Source: a virus (Duplodnaviria > Caudoviricetes). From it: DNA of 44,789 nt. The notes under the pieces were generated by a model. It did no database searches, was not told the DNA's origin, and saw only the letters and a program-made list of their open reading frames with translations. Made by a program: the position numbers and the translations under genes. Every line of letters starts with the position of its first letter. The stretch's first letter is position 1. The DNA is taken from positions 1 through 44,789 of IMG/VR virus record IMGVR_UViG_3300048854_000124. One strand, written 5' to 3'. Positions 19,935 to 28,534 of the stretch are shown piece after piece.

Positions 19935-21052
19935 GCATCGGTAGACGCTTCATTTGGACGTGAAGCAGACCAGTGCATCTCAACAAAATCGGAAAAGCGG
20001 CGATGCGCTGGTCGAAGTAACCGTCGGAGCGTTGGCTCTCCATACTCTGCAATCAGCCATGCAATGCAAATGAGGAGGCCGATCGGAGCGAGCGGCAAGA
20101 TCGGTGCCGGTATCGAAGGAAAGGATTTTCCAAGCTGTACCGTCAAAGATACAACCGCGTTCTCGTGTATCAGATACAGCGGATAGCTAACAAAACCCAG
20201 TGTCAGCCAATATTTGTGTCGCAAGAAACTTTGCACCTTGCCATTCACGATCGCTGCTGTGAATAGGACGACCATGAGTGCGGGCGGGATCTTTTCTACG
20301 ACGTGAGAACCGTTGAATACAGCCACGGAAATCGCGGCGGCACCGATGGCCGCGACCATCGTACGTCGAGAGGGTGCAGTCAGATAAAGGTAAAGGATCG
20401 CACCGAATGTGAACCATCCAAAATGTTCGGCGCTTGTCCTTTTGAGCGCGTAATTGGTCCAGTAGATGGCCGCGTGGGCGTGCGGATGTTTGATCATGTA
20501 AAGCTTGAAGCCAACTGCCACGACGAATAGTGCGAACAGAAGTAAAACAGCTCGGCGCGCACCGAAAAGAACATAGAGCGAACCGAATATGAGATAGAAC
20601 TTGACCTCGACGAAGAGCGACCAGAATGGTCCTTCGAGTGCACGAAAGTGTGTGCCAAGAGCGAAGTTTAGCCAGCCGGGCTCGATAAACAATAGACCCG
20701 GCACGGAGTTCATTGGATCTGTGGCGCCGGCTGGCCTGTCGGTAAGGAGGGGCGAAGTGGCGCATACCAACAGTGTGGCGATCAGCATTGCAGGAAACAG
20801 GCGCAACCAGCGGCGCAACATGAAGTCTGCAATGTTTTTGCTGCGCTCCAGCGAAAGGAGGATGACAAAGCCGGAGATCATAAAGAACAGTTGAACGCCG
20901 ACCCAACCGTATTGGAGAAACGGAACGTGCTGAAACTCGTCGCCGAACGGGACGACTGTTGGCCAGCGAATGTAAGCGTGGAAGAGGACGACGAGGAGGA
21001 TTGCAACTCCGCGAAGCCCATCCAGGTAAGCGAGCCGAGTGTTGGTAGTCAT
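19931..21052 (-). CDS. Acyltransferase-3 (OafA-like) membrane O-acetyltransferase moron
   Basis: LDGLRGVAILLVVLFH, GVQLFFMISGF, RRWLRLFP, WSLFVEVKFY and SYPLYLIH; many hydrophobic segments; opposite strand. Start is uncertain (the frame is open to 21133). Confidence 0.9.
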   Translation of the reverse strand: MTTNTRLAYLDGLRGVAILLVVLFHAYIRWPTVVPFGDEFQHVPFLQYGWVGVQLFFMISGFVILLSLERSKNIADFMLRRWLRLFPAMLIATLLVCATSPLLTDRPAGATDPMNSVPGLLFIEPGWLNFALGTHFRALEGPFWSLFVEVKFYLIFGSLYVLFGARRAVLLLFALFVVAVGFKLYMIKHPHAHAAIYWTNYALKRTSAEHFGWFTFGAILYLYLTAPSRRTMVAAIGAAAISVAVFNGSHVVEKIPPALMVVLFTAAIVNGKVQSFLRHKYWLTLGFVSYPLYLIHENAVVSLTVQLGKSFPSIPAPILPLAPIGLLICIAWLIAEYGEPTLRRLLRPAHRRFSDFVEMHWSASRPNEASTDA

Positions 21053-21163
21053 CGATCTGGATTCGGGAGGCATGCGTTGTAGGGTATCGGGCGTCGGAAA
21101 GGATAGCGCTCGCCACTTGTCTAATTCCGTCAAAAGCTTGGCAAATTTGTAGTGTTGATTCGG

Positions 21164-21185
21164 ACCGCCTTCGGGCGGTTTTTTT
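21164..21185 (+). terminator. Rho-independent terminator upstream of the lysis cassette
   Basis: ACCGCC-TTCG-GGCGGT followed by a T run. Confidence 0.75.
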
Positions 21186-21236
21186 ATGGCCGTTCCGATC
21201 TTGCATCGGCGCGGCCTTTTTCATTGGGGGCAACGT

Positions 21237-21797
21237 TTGAACGAGAACCTTAAATATTCGGATCAGGGCATGTCGCTGACGGAGAGTGCGGAGACGCTTG
21301 TCCTGTTCGCGTATCCGGATCCAGCGTCGCCGCTCGCCAAAGCCCTGCAGGCGAGAGGGCTGCGGCAGCGGGTGCTCGCTGGCGGAGCGATCCCCCTGGA
21401 GCTTGGATCGCTAAACGGTGCCCCGTGGACGGGCGGCTGGGGCCATACCGGCCCGGACGTCAGGCCCGGCATGGTGATCACACGCGAGATGGCCGTCGAC
21501 TGGTTACGAGCGGATGTGCGCGGCGCCGAGGCGGTGGTCAAACGCGACGTCAAGGTTGCTTTGACTCAGGAGGAGTACGACGCGCTCGTCGACCTCGTGT
21601 TCAACATCGGCAGCGGCAATTTCGACACGTCGACGCTTTTGCGCAAGCTCAATGCCGGCGATACGGACGGCGCAATCGCCGAATTCGCGCGTTGGAATCT
21701 GGCTGGCGGCAAGGTGCTGGCGGGGCTGGTCAAGCGCCGTGAAGCGGAGCGCGTGCTGTTCCAGCTCGGCGCAAATCACGCGAGGGTCGCCGCATGA
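21237..21797 (+). CDS. Endolysin, GH24 phage lysozyme
   Basis: E-X8-D (AETLVLFAYPD), WTGGWGHT, DALVDLVFNIG, STLLRKLN and GLVKRREAE. TTG start follows GGGGG. Confidence 0.9.
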   Translation: MNENLKYSDQGMSLTESAETLVLFAYPDPASPLAKALQARGLRQRVLAGGAIPLELGSLNGAPWTGGWGHTGPDVRPGMVITREMAVDWLRADVRGAEAVVKRDVKVALTQEEYDALVDLVFNIGSGNFDTSTLLRKLNAGDTDGAIAEFARWNLAGGKVLAGLVKRREAERVLFQLGANHARVAA

Positions 21798-22198
21798 AAA
21801 ACGATGCCCTTGCGAGATTCATCTACGCGTACCTGGCGGTCTATATCGCTGTGTCTGCATTTACCGCTCCGTGCTCGGCGACGTCGGTGATGCTCACACG
21901 TGATGGCTTCTGGGGTTACGCGGTGACGGCGGGGACTGCTGTGCTTGCCCTTGTCGTGGCCGCCGACGTCGCGATCAATGACTGGTTGCCGGAAAGATAC
22001 ATATTCCACTGGGCTCAGGCCCGCCGGCATTGGTTGTACGCGATAGCGGCGGCCTGTTACGTGACGCCCTTGTTCGCGGCAAGTGCGTACTTCGTCAATG
22101 CGGCGCAGGTCTTTTTTTACGTGGGCATGGCGCTGTTCGGGCTGGTGCTCGGTTATCGCGAAACGCAGGCAAAACGGGGGATAACGTGCGCCGATTGA
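21794..22198 (+). CDS. Multi-TM membrane protein, holin/antiholin candidate
   Basis: Several hydrophobic segments; inside the lysis cassette. Confidence 0.6.
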   Translation: MKNDALARFIYAYLAVYIAVSAFTAPCSATSVMLTRDGFWGYAVTAGTAVLALVVAADVAINDWLPERYIFHWAQARRHWLYAIAAACYVTPLFAASAYFVNAAQVFFYVGMALFGLVLGYRETQAKRGITCAD

Positions 22199-22593
22199 TT
22201 CAATGGGGGTGGGGAGCGTGCGTGCTGCTATGGGCAGCAGCGGCGTACGCGATGGTGCGGCAGACCGAGACGGTACTCGCTGAAGGCCTGGCAGGCATCC
22301 AGGGCGCGTCGCTCGTGCTGGCGATTCTGCTTGCACTTATTGGCGGGACGGCCAGTACGTTCCAGCGGTTCGCCTCGAGCGATCCGCCGGCGCGATCGGC
22401 ACTGATCGAGATCGGCAGTGTAATCACCGCGTCGATCGTTGCCGGTCTGTCCGCTTTCTTTTTTTGCGAGTGGCGAGGGTGGCCAGCGCCGCTCACCGCA
22501 CTCGTGATCACACTGGCGAGCTGGGGCGGAAAGCGCGTGCTGGATCAGGCGCTCGACGCTGGCCTTCGCCGCATCCAGGGAGAGAAGCCATGA
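22186..22593 (+). CDS. Holin-like membrane protein
   Basis: GTG start after GGGGG; several TM segments; ends ASWGGKRVLD. Confidence 0.6.
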   Translation: MRRLIQWGWGACVLLWAAAAYAMVRQTETVLAEGLAGIQGASLVLAILLALIGGTASTFQRFASSDPPARSALIEIGSVITASIVAGLSAFFFCEWRGWPAPLTALVITLASWGGKRVLDQALDAGLRRIQGEKP

Positions 22594-23012
22594 CGGACAT
22601 TGTTGGGCGTATCGCGCTCGTCGTTGTCGGCCTGATCGCTGTGGTGCTGGCGATCGCATGCACGGTGGAGTTTTTCGAGCTGCGCAGTGTCCGCGACGAT
22701 TACGCATTGGCACAGCAGAAGGCGCAGGCGGACGATCAGTCGATCGGCACGCTTCGCTCGCAGCTCGCGACGTCGCAGGCGGATCTGGCCGCCGCTGCAT
22801 CAGGCGTGCAAGCCTGCTCGGCTTCAGTCACGCAAGCAGCATCCGAAGCATTCGCCGTTCGAGCGGCGGCCGCAGCCGTGCAGGCGAAGGCGGCGACGCA
22901 GGCGCAGTCATACCAGCGTCAGATCGACGCACTTTCCCAACGGATTCAGGATCCATCCAACCAGTCGGAGACATGCGATGCGGCATTCGATCGTTTGCGC
23001 GGCGCTCTGTAG
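22590..23012 (+). CDS. i-spanin (Rz-like)
   Basis: N-terminal TM helix, Ala/Gln coiled coil and Cys residues. Confidence 0.75.
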   Translation: MTDIVGRIALVVVGLIAVVLAIACTVEFFELRSVRDDYALAQQKAQADDQSIGTLRSQLATSQADLAAAASGVQACSASVTQAASEAFAVRAAAAAVQAKAATQAQSYQRQIDALSQRIQDPSNQSETCDAAFDRLRGAL

Positions 23013-23289
23013 CGCGCTGCTAGTTATTCCGGGTTGCGGCTCGGCGCCGCCGGCACCGGTCTCACCGGTTGTCCACGCAGAGACCGTCGTGGCGAAAGTG
23101 CAGGTGCCGGTGTCGTGTATTGATTCCGTCCCGCCGGGGCCAGCGTTTCTGTCGGATGCGGATTTGCTGGCCGCGCCGAACGGTTCGGCGGTCGACCGCA
23201 TCTGGCGGGATCACTTGCAGCGGCAGAAGTGGGAGGCGCAATTGACCGGCCTGCTTGCGGCCTGTGTATCTCACGCTGTCGTGCAGTAG
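22978..23289 (+). CDS. o-spanin lipoprotein (Rz1-like)
   Basis: Signal peptide with lipobox-like IPGC; Pro-rich; overlaps the end of Rz. Confidence 0.75.
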   Translation: MRHSIVCAALCSALLVIPGCGSAPPAPVSPVVHAETVVAKVQVPVSCIDSVPPGPAFLSDADLLAAPNGSAVDRIWRDHLQRQKWEAQLTGLLAACVSHAVVQ

Positions 23290-23579
23290 AAGGCGGCCCA
23301 TCCGGGCACGGATGGGCCTAACGTCTGGGGATCAGTCCGAACGAAAGGTGATAGTAACCAGTCGCCTCCCCGTCGCCCAGCATGGTTTGCACCTAGGACC
23401 AAGAGTCTGAAAAAGTAACTTTTCGCGTACTACGGCGGAAAAGACAGGGCGGCCGGAGGCATGTTGACGCATGCTCCCGGTCGCCTTTCCACTGTGACAG
23501 CCAGTGAATTAGCCAAGGCCCTGACACCTACCGGTAGGCGGGCCGAATTCTAACCGAAAAAGAAAAGGCAATTCCAACT

Positions 23580-24371
23580 ATGGCAACTCCCATCGTTCCC
23601 TGGATCGGCGGCAAGCGCCGGCTTGCGGACCATCTGATTCCGCGCTTTCCGAAGCATGACTGCTATGTTGAAGTGTTCGCGGGCGGAGCGGCGCTGTACT
23701 TTCTCCGGCCGCCGGCAGCGGTCGAAGTGATCAACGACATCAACGGGGACTTGATCAATCTGTATCGCGTTGTGCAGCACCACTTCGAGGAGTTCGTGCG
23801 CCAGTTCAAATGGGCGCTGACGAGTCGACAGGTGTTCAAATGGCTGCAGGAAACGGTGCCGGAAACCCTCACCGATATCCAGCGTGCAGCTCGTTTCTAC
23901 TACCTCCAGCACAACTGTTTCGGTGCGAAGGTGGAAGGGCAATCGTTCGGGACAGCAACCACGTCGTCGCCCGGCCTGAATCTTCTTCGCCTCGAGGAGA
24001 CCCTGTCTGCGGCCCATCTCCGCCTCTCCAACACGTTTGTCGAGCATCTGGACTGGAAGACGTGCATCGACCGATACGATCGCCCGCATACGCTGTTTTA
24101 TCTGGATCCGCCGTACTGGGAGACGGAAGGCTACGGCGTCCCGTTTCCCTACGAAGAGTACGTAGCGATGGCGGCCAGGTTGCGTGGTTTGAAAGGCAAA
24201 GCGATCGTCAGCCTGAACGATCACCCGGCGATCCGGCAGGCCTTTGACGGCTTCCACATTGAAACAGTGGACATCAAGTACACCGTGGGCGGTGGCGGGA
24301 GAGAAGCGGCCCGTAAGGAAGTGATTATTTTCAGTTGGGATGATGCGGCTCAGCCGGCGGGGCTTTTCTAG
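23580..24371 (+). CDS. N6-adenine DNA methyltransferase (D12 / Dam-like)
   Basis: WIGGK, YVEVFAGG, EVINDIN and catalytic YLDPPY. Confidence 0.93.
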   Translation: MATPIVPWIGGKRRLADHLIPRFPKHDCYVEVFAGGAALYFLRPPAAVEVINDINGDLINLYRVVQHHFEEFVRQFKWALTSRQVFKWLQETVPETLTDIQRAARFYYLQHNCFGAKVEGQSFGTATTSSPGLNLLRLEETLSAAHLRLSNTFVEHLDWKTCIDRYDRPHTLFYLDPPYWETEGYGVPFPYEEYVAMAARLRGLKGKAIVSLNDHPAIRQAFDGFHIETVDIKYTVGGGGREAARKEVIIFSWDDAAQPAGLF

Positions 24372-24377
24372 GGCGCT

Positions 24378-24749
24378 CTATTCTCGCTGTCCGCGCCGAC
24401 GCCGTGCATCGGCCTCAAACTTGACCGCGTCCGGGTTGCGAGCGTATTCCCGGACGTTTTTTGGCACGGCGTCGTGCCTGGGCGTGTCGTCGATTTCGCC
24501 GATGCGCAGCACTTCCTGGGCAAGTCGTATTCGAAGTTCCATGATCGGTGATTCGCGGGCAATGAGGCTGCGGTCTACCTCTCTCGCCAGCCGTACGGCG
24601 GCGTCCGCTTCGCCGCGCAGACGCAGCAGCGCAAGCCGCAGATATTGCACTTCCAGAATCAACCGCTCAACATCGCCTTCGCCGCGATGATCTCGCCACC
24701 AGTTGCGCAGATCGGCGAGTGTAGGGGGTTGGAATTCAGGGAGCTTCAC
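24378..24749 (-). CDS. Hypothetical protein under probable LexA control
   Basis: GTG start (KLPEFQPPTLADLRNWW...); SOS box about 20 bp upstream. Confidence 0.65.
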   Translation of the reverse strand: MKLPEFQPPTLADLRNWWRDHRGEGDVERLILEVQYLRLALLRLRGEADAAVRLAREVDRSLIARESPIMELRIRLAQEVLRIGEIDDTPRHDAVPKNVREYARNPDAVKFEADARRRRGQRE

Positions 24750-24767
24750 GTTTGGTCTCTCAAGGCA

Positions 24768-24783
24768 CTGTGTAAACATACAG
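24768..24783. promoter_or_regulatory. LexA (SOS) box
   Basis: CTGTGTAAACATACAG matches CTG-N10-CAG with an AT-rich spacer. Confidence 0.75.
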
Positions 24784-24961
24784 TATTTTTACGAAGGTGC
24801 GTGCTGAGATTGCGTACTTGGAGAGCGTGGTCTAATACCGGAGCCCGGTTGACATGACCCAATAAATGACCTATTGTTTGGTCTGTAAATGGGCCTTCCA
24901 ATCGCCGGCATCGGCAGTCGCGAGGCGCGTTGCTCCTATCCAGATGAAAATTGAATAGACT

Positions 24962-25077
24962 GAACGACACGAACGACACGAACGACACGAACGACGCACA
25001 GAACGCACAGAACGCACAGAACGCACAGAACGCACAGAACGCACAGAACGCACAGAACGCACAGAACGCACAGAACG
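24962..25077 (+). repeat. Compound 9-bp tandem repeat (VNTR)
   Basis: GAACGACAC x3 plus a partial copy, then GAACGCACA x8 (25001-25072) plus partial copies. Confidence 0.95.
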
Positions 25078-25100
25078 AATTCGCAGCTGAGAGGTACTAG

Positions 25101-25343
25101 ATGGAAAGCATCCTTGCCCGCACATCGATCGGCATCAGCGAGCTCAAGGTCAATCCGACCGCAGCAATCGAGCAAGCCGATGGTCCGGTCGCGGTGCTCA
25201 ACAGAAACAAGCCGGTCGCGTACCTGATCCCGGCTTTGGAATGGGAAGCGATTTGCGACAGACTTGAGGACATCGAGCTGGCGGAGATCGTCAGGGCGCG
25301 CAGCGGCGAAACAGCCGTGAGCGTGGAACTTGAAGACCTATAA
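25101..25343 (+). CDS. Phd/YefM (StbD-like) antitoxin
   Basis: SIGISELKVNP...PVAVLNRNKPVAYLIP. Confidence 0.88.
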   Translation: MESILARTSIGISELKVNPTAAIEQADGPVAVLNRNKPVAYLIPALEWEAICDRLEDIELAEIVRARSGETAVSVELEDL

Positions 25344-25620
25344 ACTGCAGTTTTTACCGTCCGCCCGAAAGGAGTGGGACAGCCTCGATAACACAGTGCG
25401 CCAGCAACTCAAGCGCAAACTGGCGGAACGGCTTGAAAATCCGCGCGTCGAGTCGGCACGTTTAAGTACGATGCCGGATTGCTACAAAATCAAGCTTGCC
25501 GCACTTGGTTATCGACTCGTCTATCAGGTGGTCGATAGCGCCGTCACCGTAATAGTAGTTTCGGTCGGGAAGCGCGAGCGAAGTGCCGTGTATGCTGCGG
25601 CAATTGCTCGTCTGAAATGA
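25330..25620 (+). CDS. relE: RelE/StbE family mRNA interferase toxin
   Basis: YKLQFLPSARKEWDSLD...CYKIKL...GYRLVYQV...VGKRERS. Confidence 0.9.
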   Translation: MKTYKLQFLPSARKEWDSLDNTVRQQLKRKLAERLENPRVESARLSTMPDCYKIKLAALGYRLVYQVVDSAVTVIVVSVGKRERSAVYAAAIARLK

Positions 25621-25645
25621 AAAAGCCCGCTTCGGCGGGCTTTTT
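25620..25645. terminator. Bidirectional intrinsic terminator
   Basis: AAAAAGCCCGC-TTCG-GCGGGCTTTTT between convergent genes. Confidence 0.85.
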
Positions 25646-25672
25646 CGTTGCTCAACAGCGTGGGGGCTTGCG

Positions 25673-26059
25673 TTAGTCGGCATCCTTTTTCGACGCGGAT
25701 CCGAAAATGTACCCCAGCGCGGTGCCCACCAAACCTAACAGAGCAGTGCGGGTGTTGGTAAGTTCCGGCGTCTGGTTGGCGATCCAAAAACTGCCGAAAT
25801 AGAGCACAAAGCTCAATACCACAATAAGTCCAGCGATATTCGTCGGTGCCGAGGCGTTGCTGCCGAACAGTTTGCCGAGCAGGCCGAGGTTCTGCTGGTT
25901 ATGCGCGAGCTCGTACTCCTTGCCACCCCGCTTGTAGAAATCGACTTCTTGTTGGGGGGTCACGCCTCCAGTAGCGGGCACATTTGGCTCTGCCGCAGGG
26001 TCAATGCGCGCATTGCCGATGTCCTGACCGGCCGTCTGCTCAGCAACTGGGCTACTCAT
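25673..26059 (-). CDS. Small two-TM membrane protein, putative partner/toxin of the Panacea antitoxin
   Basis: ATGA overlap with the upstream gene; two hydrophobic helices; ends GYIFGS. Confidence 0.65.
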   Translation of the reverse strand: MSSPVAEQTAGQDIGNARIDPAAEPNVPATGGVTPQQEVDFYKRGGKEYELAHNQQNLGLLGKLFGSNASAPTNIAGLIVVLSFVLYFGSFWIANQTPELTNTRTALLGLVGTALGYIFGSASKKDAD

Positions 26060-26559
26060 CGGGCGGGCTGTCCTTGTGCGCGCTGCGCCGCCTCACGAAA
26101 ATGATGCGCGATCAGATCGAACGGGATATCCGCGCTGCGGATGCCGTCTGACGTACGACGGGCCTGCGCCCAAGGTCCGTCAGAAGCGTGTGTCATCTCG
26201 GACAGCGCCATGCCAGTGTATCGACCGTAACTGCTCCAGATGTTTGACAAAAATTGTCTGATCTCAGGCTCCGTCGGTGCGGGCACCTCGAAAAAGCCAG
26301 TCGATCCGTCAAATCCAGTTGCTTTGGAGCGCACGGGTCCCGATCCATACCGCTTGAATTCGTGGTAGAGCGAGGGCACGACAGGGCCGTAAGGCCATGC
26401 TTCGATGGATTCGTTGATGAGCGGCTGACCGGTGTATCCCGCATACCATCCATGGGCGTAATACACCAGCTTTTGCAGCTTCATCGGGTCGATCATCTGA
26501 CCGTTTGCATTGGCAATCTCAAGGAAGAAATTAGCCACGGCTTTAGCGTCGAATGGCAT
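26056..26559 (-). CDS. Panacea domain (DUF4065 / SocA / GepA-like) antitoxin
   Basis: MKLQKLVYYAHG, EAWPYGPVVPSLY and LSEMTH...PW motifs. Confidence 0.9.
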   Translation of the reverse strand: MPFDAKAVANFFLEIANANGQMIDPMKLQKLVYYAHGWYAGYTGQPLINESIEAWPYGPVVPSLYHEFKRYGSGPVRSKATGFDGSTGFFEVPAPTEPEIRQFLSNIWSSYGRYTGMALSEMTHASDGPWAQARRTSDGIRSADIPFDLIAHHFREAAQRAQGQPAR

Positions 26560-26657
26560 CTAATCTCCTCTGGGTTGAAATCGAAACGCTTTATGATAGG
26601 TTACGGCGCGCAGATTGTGCCATAAGCGCTGCCGTTCAAGTACTGGATCGGAAATTT

Positions 26658-26677
26658 TACTGTATAAATATACAGTA
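26658..26677. promoter_or_regulatory. LexA (SOS) box, near consensus
   Basis: TACTGTATAAATATACAGTA. Confidence 0.85.
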
Positions 26678-26756
26678 ATGGGCGTCGATGCGGTGAGTAT
26701 CGGTTCGACCGCGAGCTCAAGGGCTGCAAATGGGTGGGATGCGGCGAGAAAGTGCG

Positions 26757-26821
26757 TGCTACAGCACTGAGGCCTCACCTTGTCCGGCGGGCTTTCAGCC
26801 TATCATTCCACCCCTGAACTA
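26757..26821 (+). repeat. Degenerate copy of the att left arm plus core (homologous to 28548-28613)
   Basis: TGCTACAGCA...ACCT...GGCTTT...CCT..CATTCCACCCC(C)TGAACTA is colinear in both copies. Confidence 0.75.
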
Positions 26822-26987
26822 TCGCCGTCAGGGAGGGCTCGGCAAAGTCACTTTGAACGGGCCCAGTTCGACCCAAAGGAACAGTTTGGACCCGACACAT
26901 GAATGACGGCTTTCCGCGCATCATATGCCCGCGATAACAAGTCTCGGATGGGTCGTCCCTGCTCGCTAACGGGCCGCGAACGCCCTC

Positions 26988-28115
26988 TTACGGTTCGTTT
27001 GCACGCGGGAGGGACACTGAAAACGAGGTCTCCGTCTCGTCAGACCGCGCCTCGATCACGCCGCGATGTGCCTTGGCGATTTCGCTTGCAATGTAGAGAC
27101 CGAGTCCGAGGTTACCCGACATGTCCGGCTTGCCTGGATGGTCCGGCCCCCGCGTCAGGGGATCGAACATGCGCGCCAGCGTTGCGTGCTCGATGGCAGC
27201 TCCGGAGTTTTTGACTTCGATACGAACCTGCGTTGCATCGCCGGTAACCACCACGCGTACCGGAGTGTCCTGCGCCCCGTACTTGACGGCGTTGAGCACC
27301 AGATTGCCAAGCAGTTGCTGCAAGCGCCGTCCGTCCCAGGCGCCCTGCAGATTTCCGCTTACCTGCAGCTCGATCTGCCTGTCAGGATGAACCGCACGCA
27401 ACTCGTCCAGCTCGTCACCCAGCACTTCCGCAAGATCGACGCCCTCGGCCGCTACGTTGATGCCAAGGCCCAGTTTGGTCCTGTTGAAATCAGTCATGTC
27501 ATCAAGCAACGCCTGCATCCGTGCTCCACTACGTATCAGGCGGCCGGCGGCTTCCGACACCCGGTCCCCGGCATTCAGCACTTCCAGATACGTTGCGGTC
27601 GCCTGGATTGCCTGAAGGGGGCTGCGCATGTCGTGCCCCAGCATGCCGAGCAGGAGATTGCGATTCTGCTCGGCCTGCGCCGCGAAGAAGGCGATCGATT
27701 CCACAAGTGCCTGATCGATCGCTTCGTCGAAGCGAATGACGTCGACCACATCCGGCACCCCTGGCGCGCAGTCGTCCGTCCACAGGCGAAGCACGCTTGC
27801 GCGCAGCGCCCGATATTCGGCGGCGAGCTGGTTGATATTGAAGCCGGCCCGTGCCCGCAGCACGGCATGCGTTTGCGCGGCAGTCTCAGGCGCACCAACC
27901 GGAACGGGGCCATGTCCCAATGATTTTTCGCGCTGGGCTTCCTTAGTTTGTGGAGACCGCAAGTCCGTTGCCACGGCGAGTAGGATTTGCTGCGCGTGGT
28001 CGCGTAATGCCAATGATTCCATGTTTGCCGCTGCCGGCACTAGGGTGGCTGCAAAGGCTTCCCAACGCTCCAGAATCGGTTCCAACTCTTGCGAGATGAA
28101 GTCAGCAAGTCGCAT
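26988..28115 (-). CDS. Cytoplasmic sensor histidine kinase (N-terminal RsbRD_N-like region, HisKA, HATPase)
   Basis: H-box GHDMRSPL, N-box NLVLNAVKYG and G-box GLGLYI; no obvious TM segment. Confidence 0.9.
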   Translation of the reverse strand: MRLADFISQELEPILERWEAFAATLVPAAANMESLALRDHAQQILLAVATDLRSPQTKEAQREKSLGHGPVPVGAPETAAQTHAVLRARAGFNINQLAAEYRALRASVLRLWTDDCAPGVPDVVDVIRFDEAIDQALVESIAFFAAQAEQNRNLLLGMLGHDMRSPLQAIQATATYLEVLNAGDRVSEAAGRLIRSGARMQALLDDMTDFNRTKLGLGINVAAEGVDLAEVLGDELDELRAVHPDRQIELQVSGNLQGAWDGRRLQQLLGNLVLNAVKYGAQDTPVRVVVTGDATQVRIEVKNSGAAIEHATLARMFDPLTRGPDHPGKPDMSGNLGLGLYIASEIAKAHRGVIEARSDETETSFSVSLPRANEP

Positions 28116-28534
28116 ATAGGCGTCTCCGATGTGTAATCGGGATTATCAAGGTCCGATCAGGGTACCTATGTTACGCGCAATTCAGGGACGGACTTCAATC
28201 GGGGAAAGCACCGTTGTGGGGCAACCGCCATAACGGCACCCCAGCCGCGTCCCGCGCAATTTTGGTGAGACCGCACTTGTGTCGCGAAAACAGGCGCAGG
28301 GGGATAGCACGCTGGACGGCGCAGCGGATACCGTTGTCATTCGTCAAGTGAAGAGTCGTACCTAATGCATAAGCCGCGCGCAGCGAATGATTTCACGTCA
28401 TTGAACTACCGGCGCGGAAGTTGGATCATCTAGCCGATGACGTCAAGTGTCTCTCGCTGGCCGATTGTTGCCGGATGAGGGCGCGAGACCCGACTGCAGC
28501 CGAATTAGCTGACGGTTCAGTAGGGTGAGTTTTG

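Noticed and set aside
23580-24371. Restriction-modification system
   Set aside because: No adjacent endonuclease is recognisable, and orphan methylases are common in temperate phages.
24962-25077. Repeat array as CRISPR, or as coding sequence (ORFs reading RSVRSV, CVLCVL, SFVSFV)
   Set aside because: The units are 9 bp with no unique spacers and there are no cas genes. The ORFs are just translations of the repeat.
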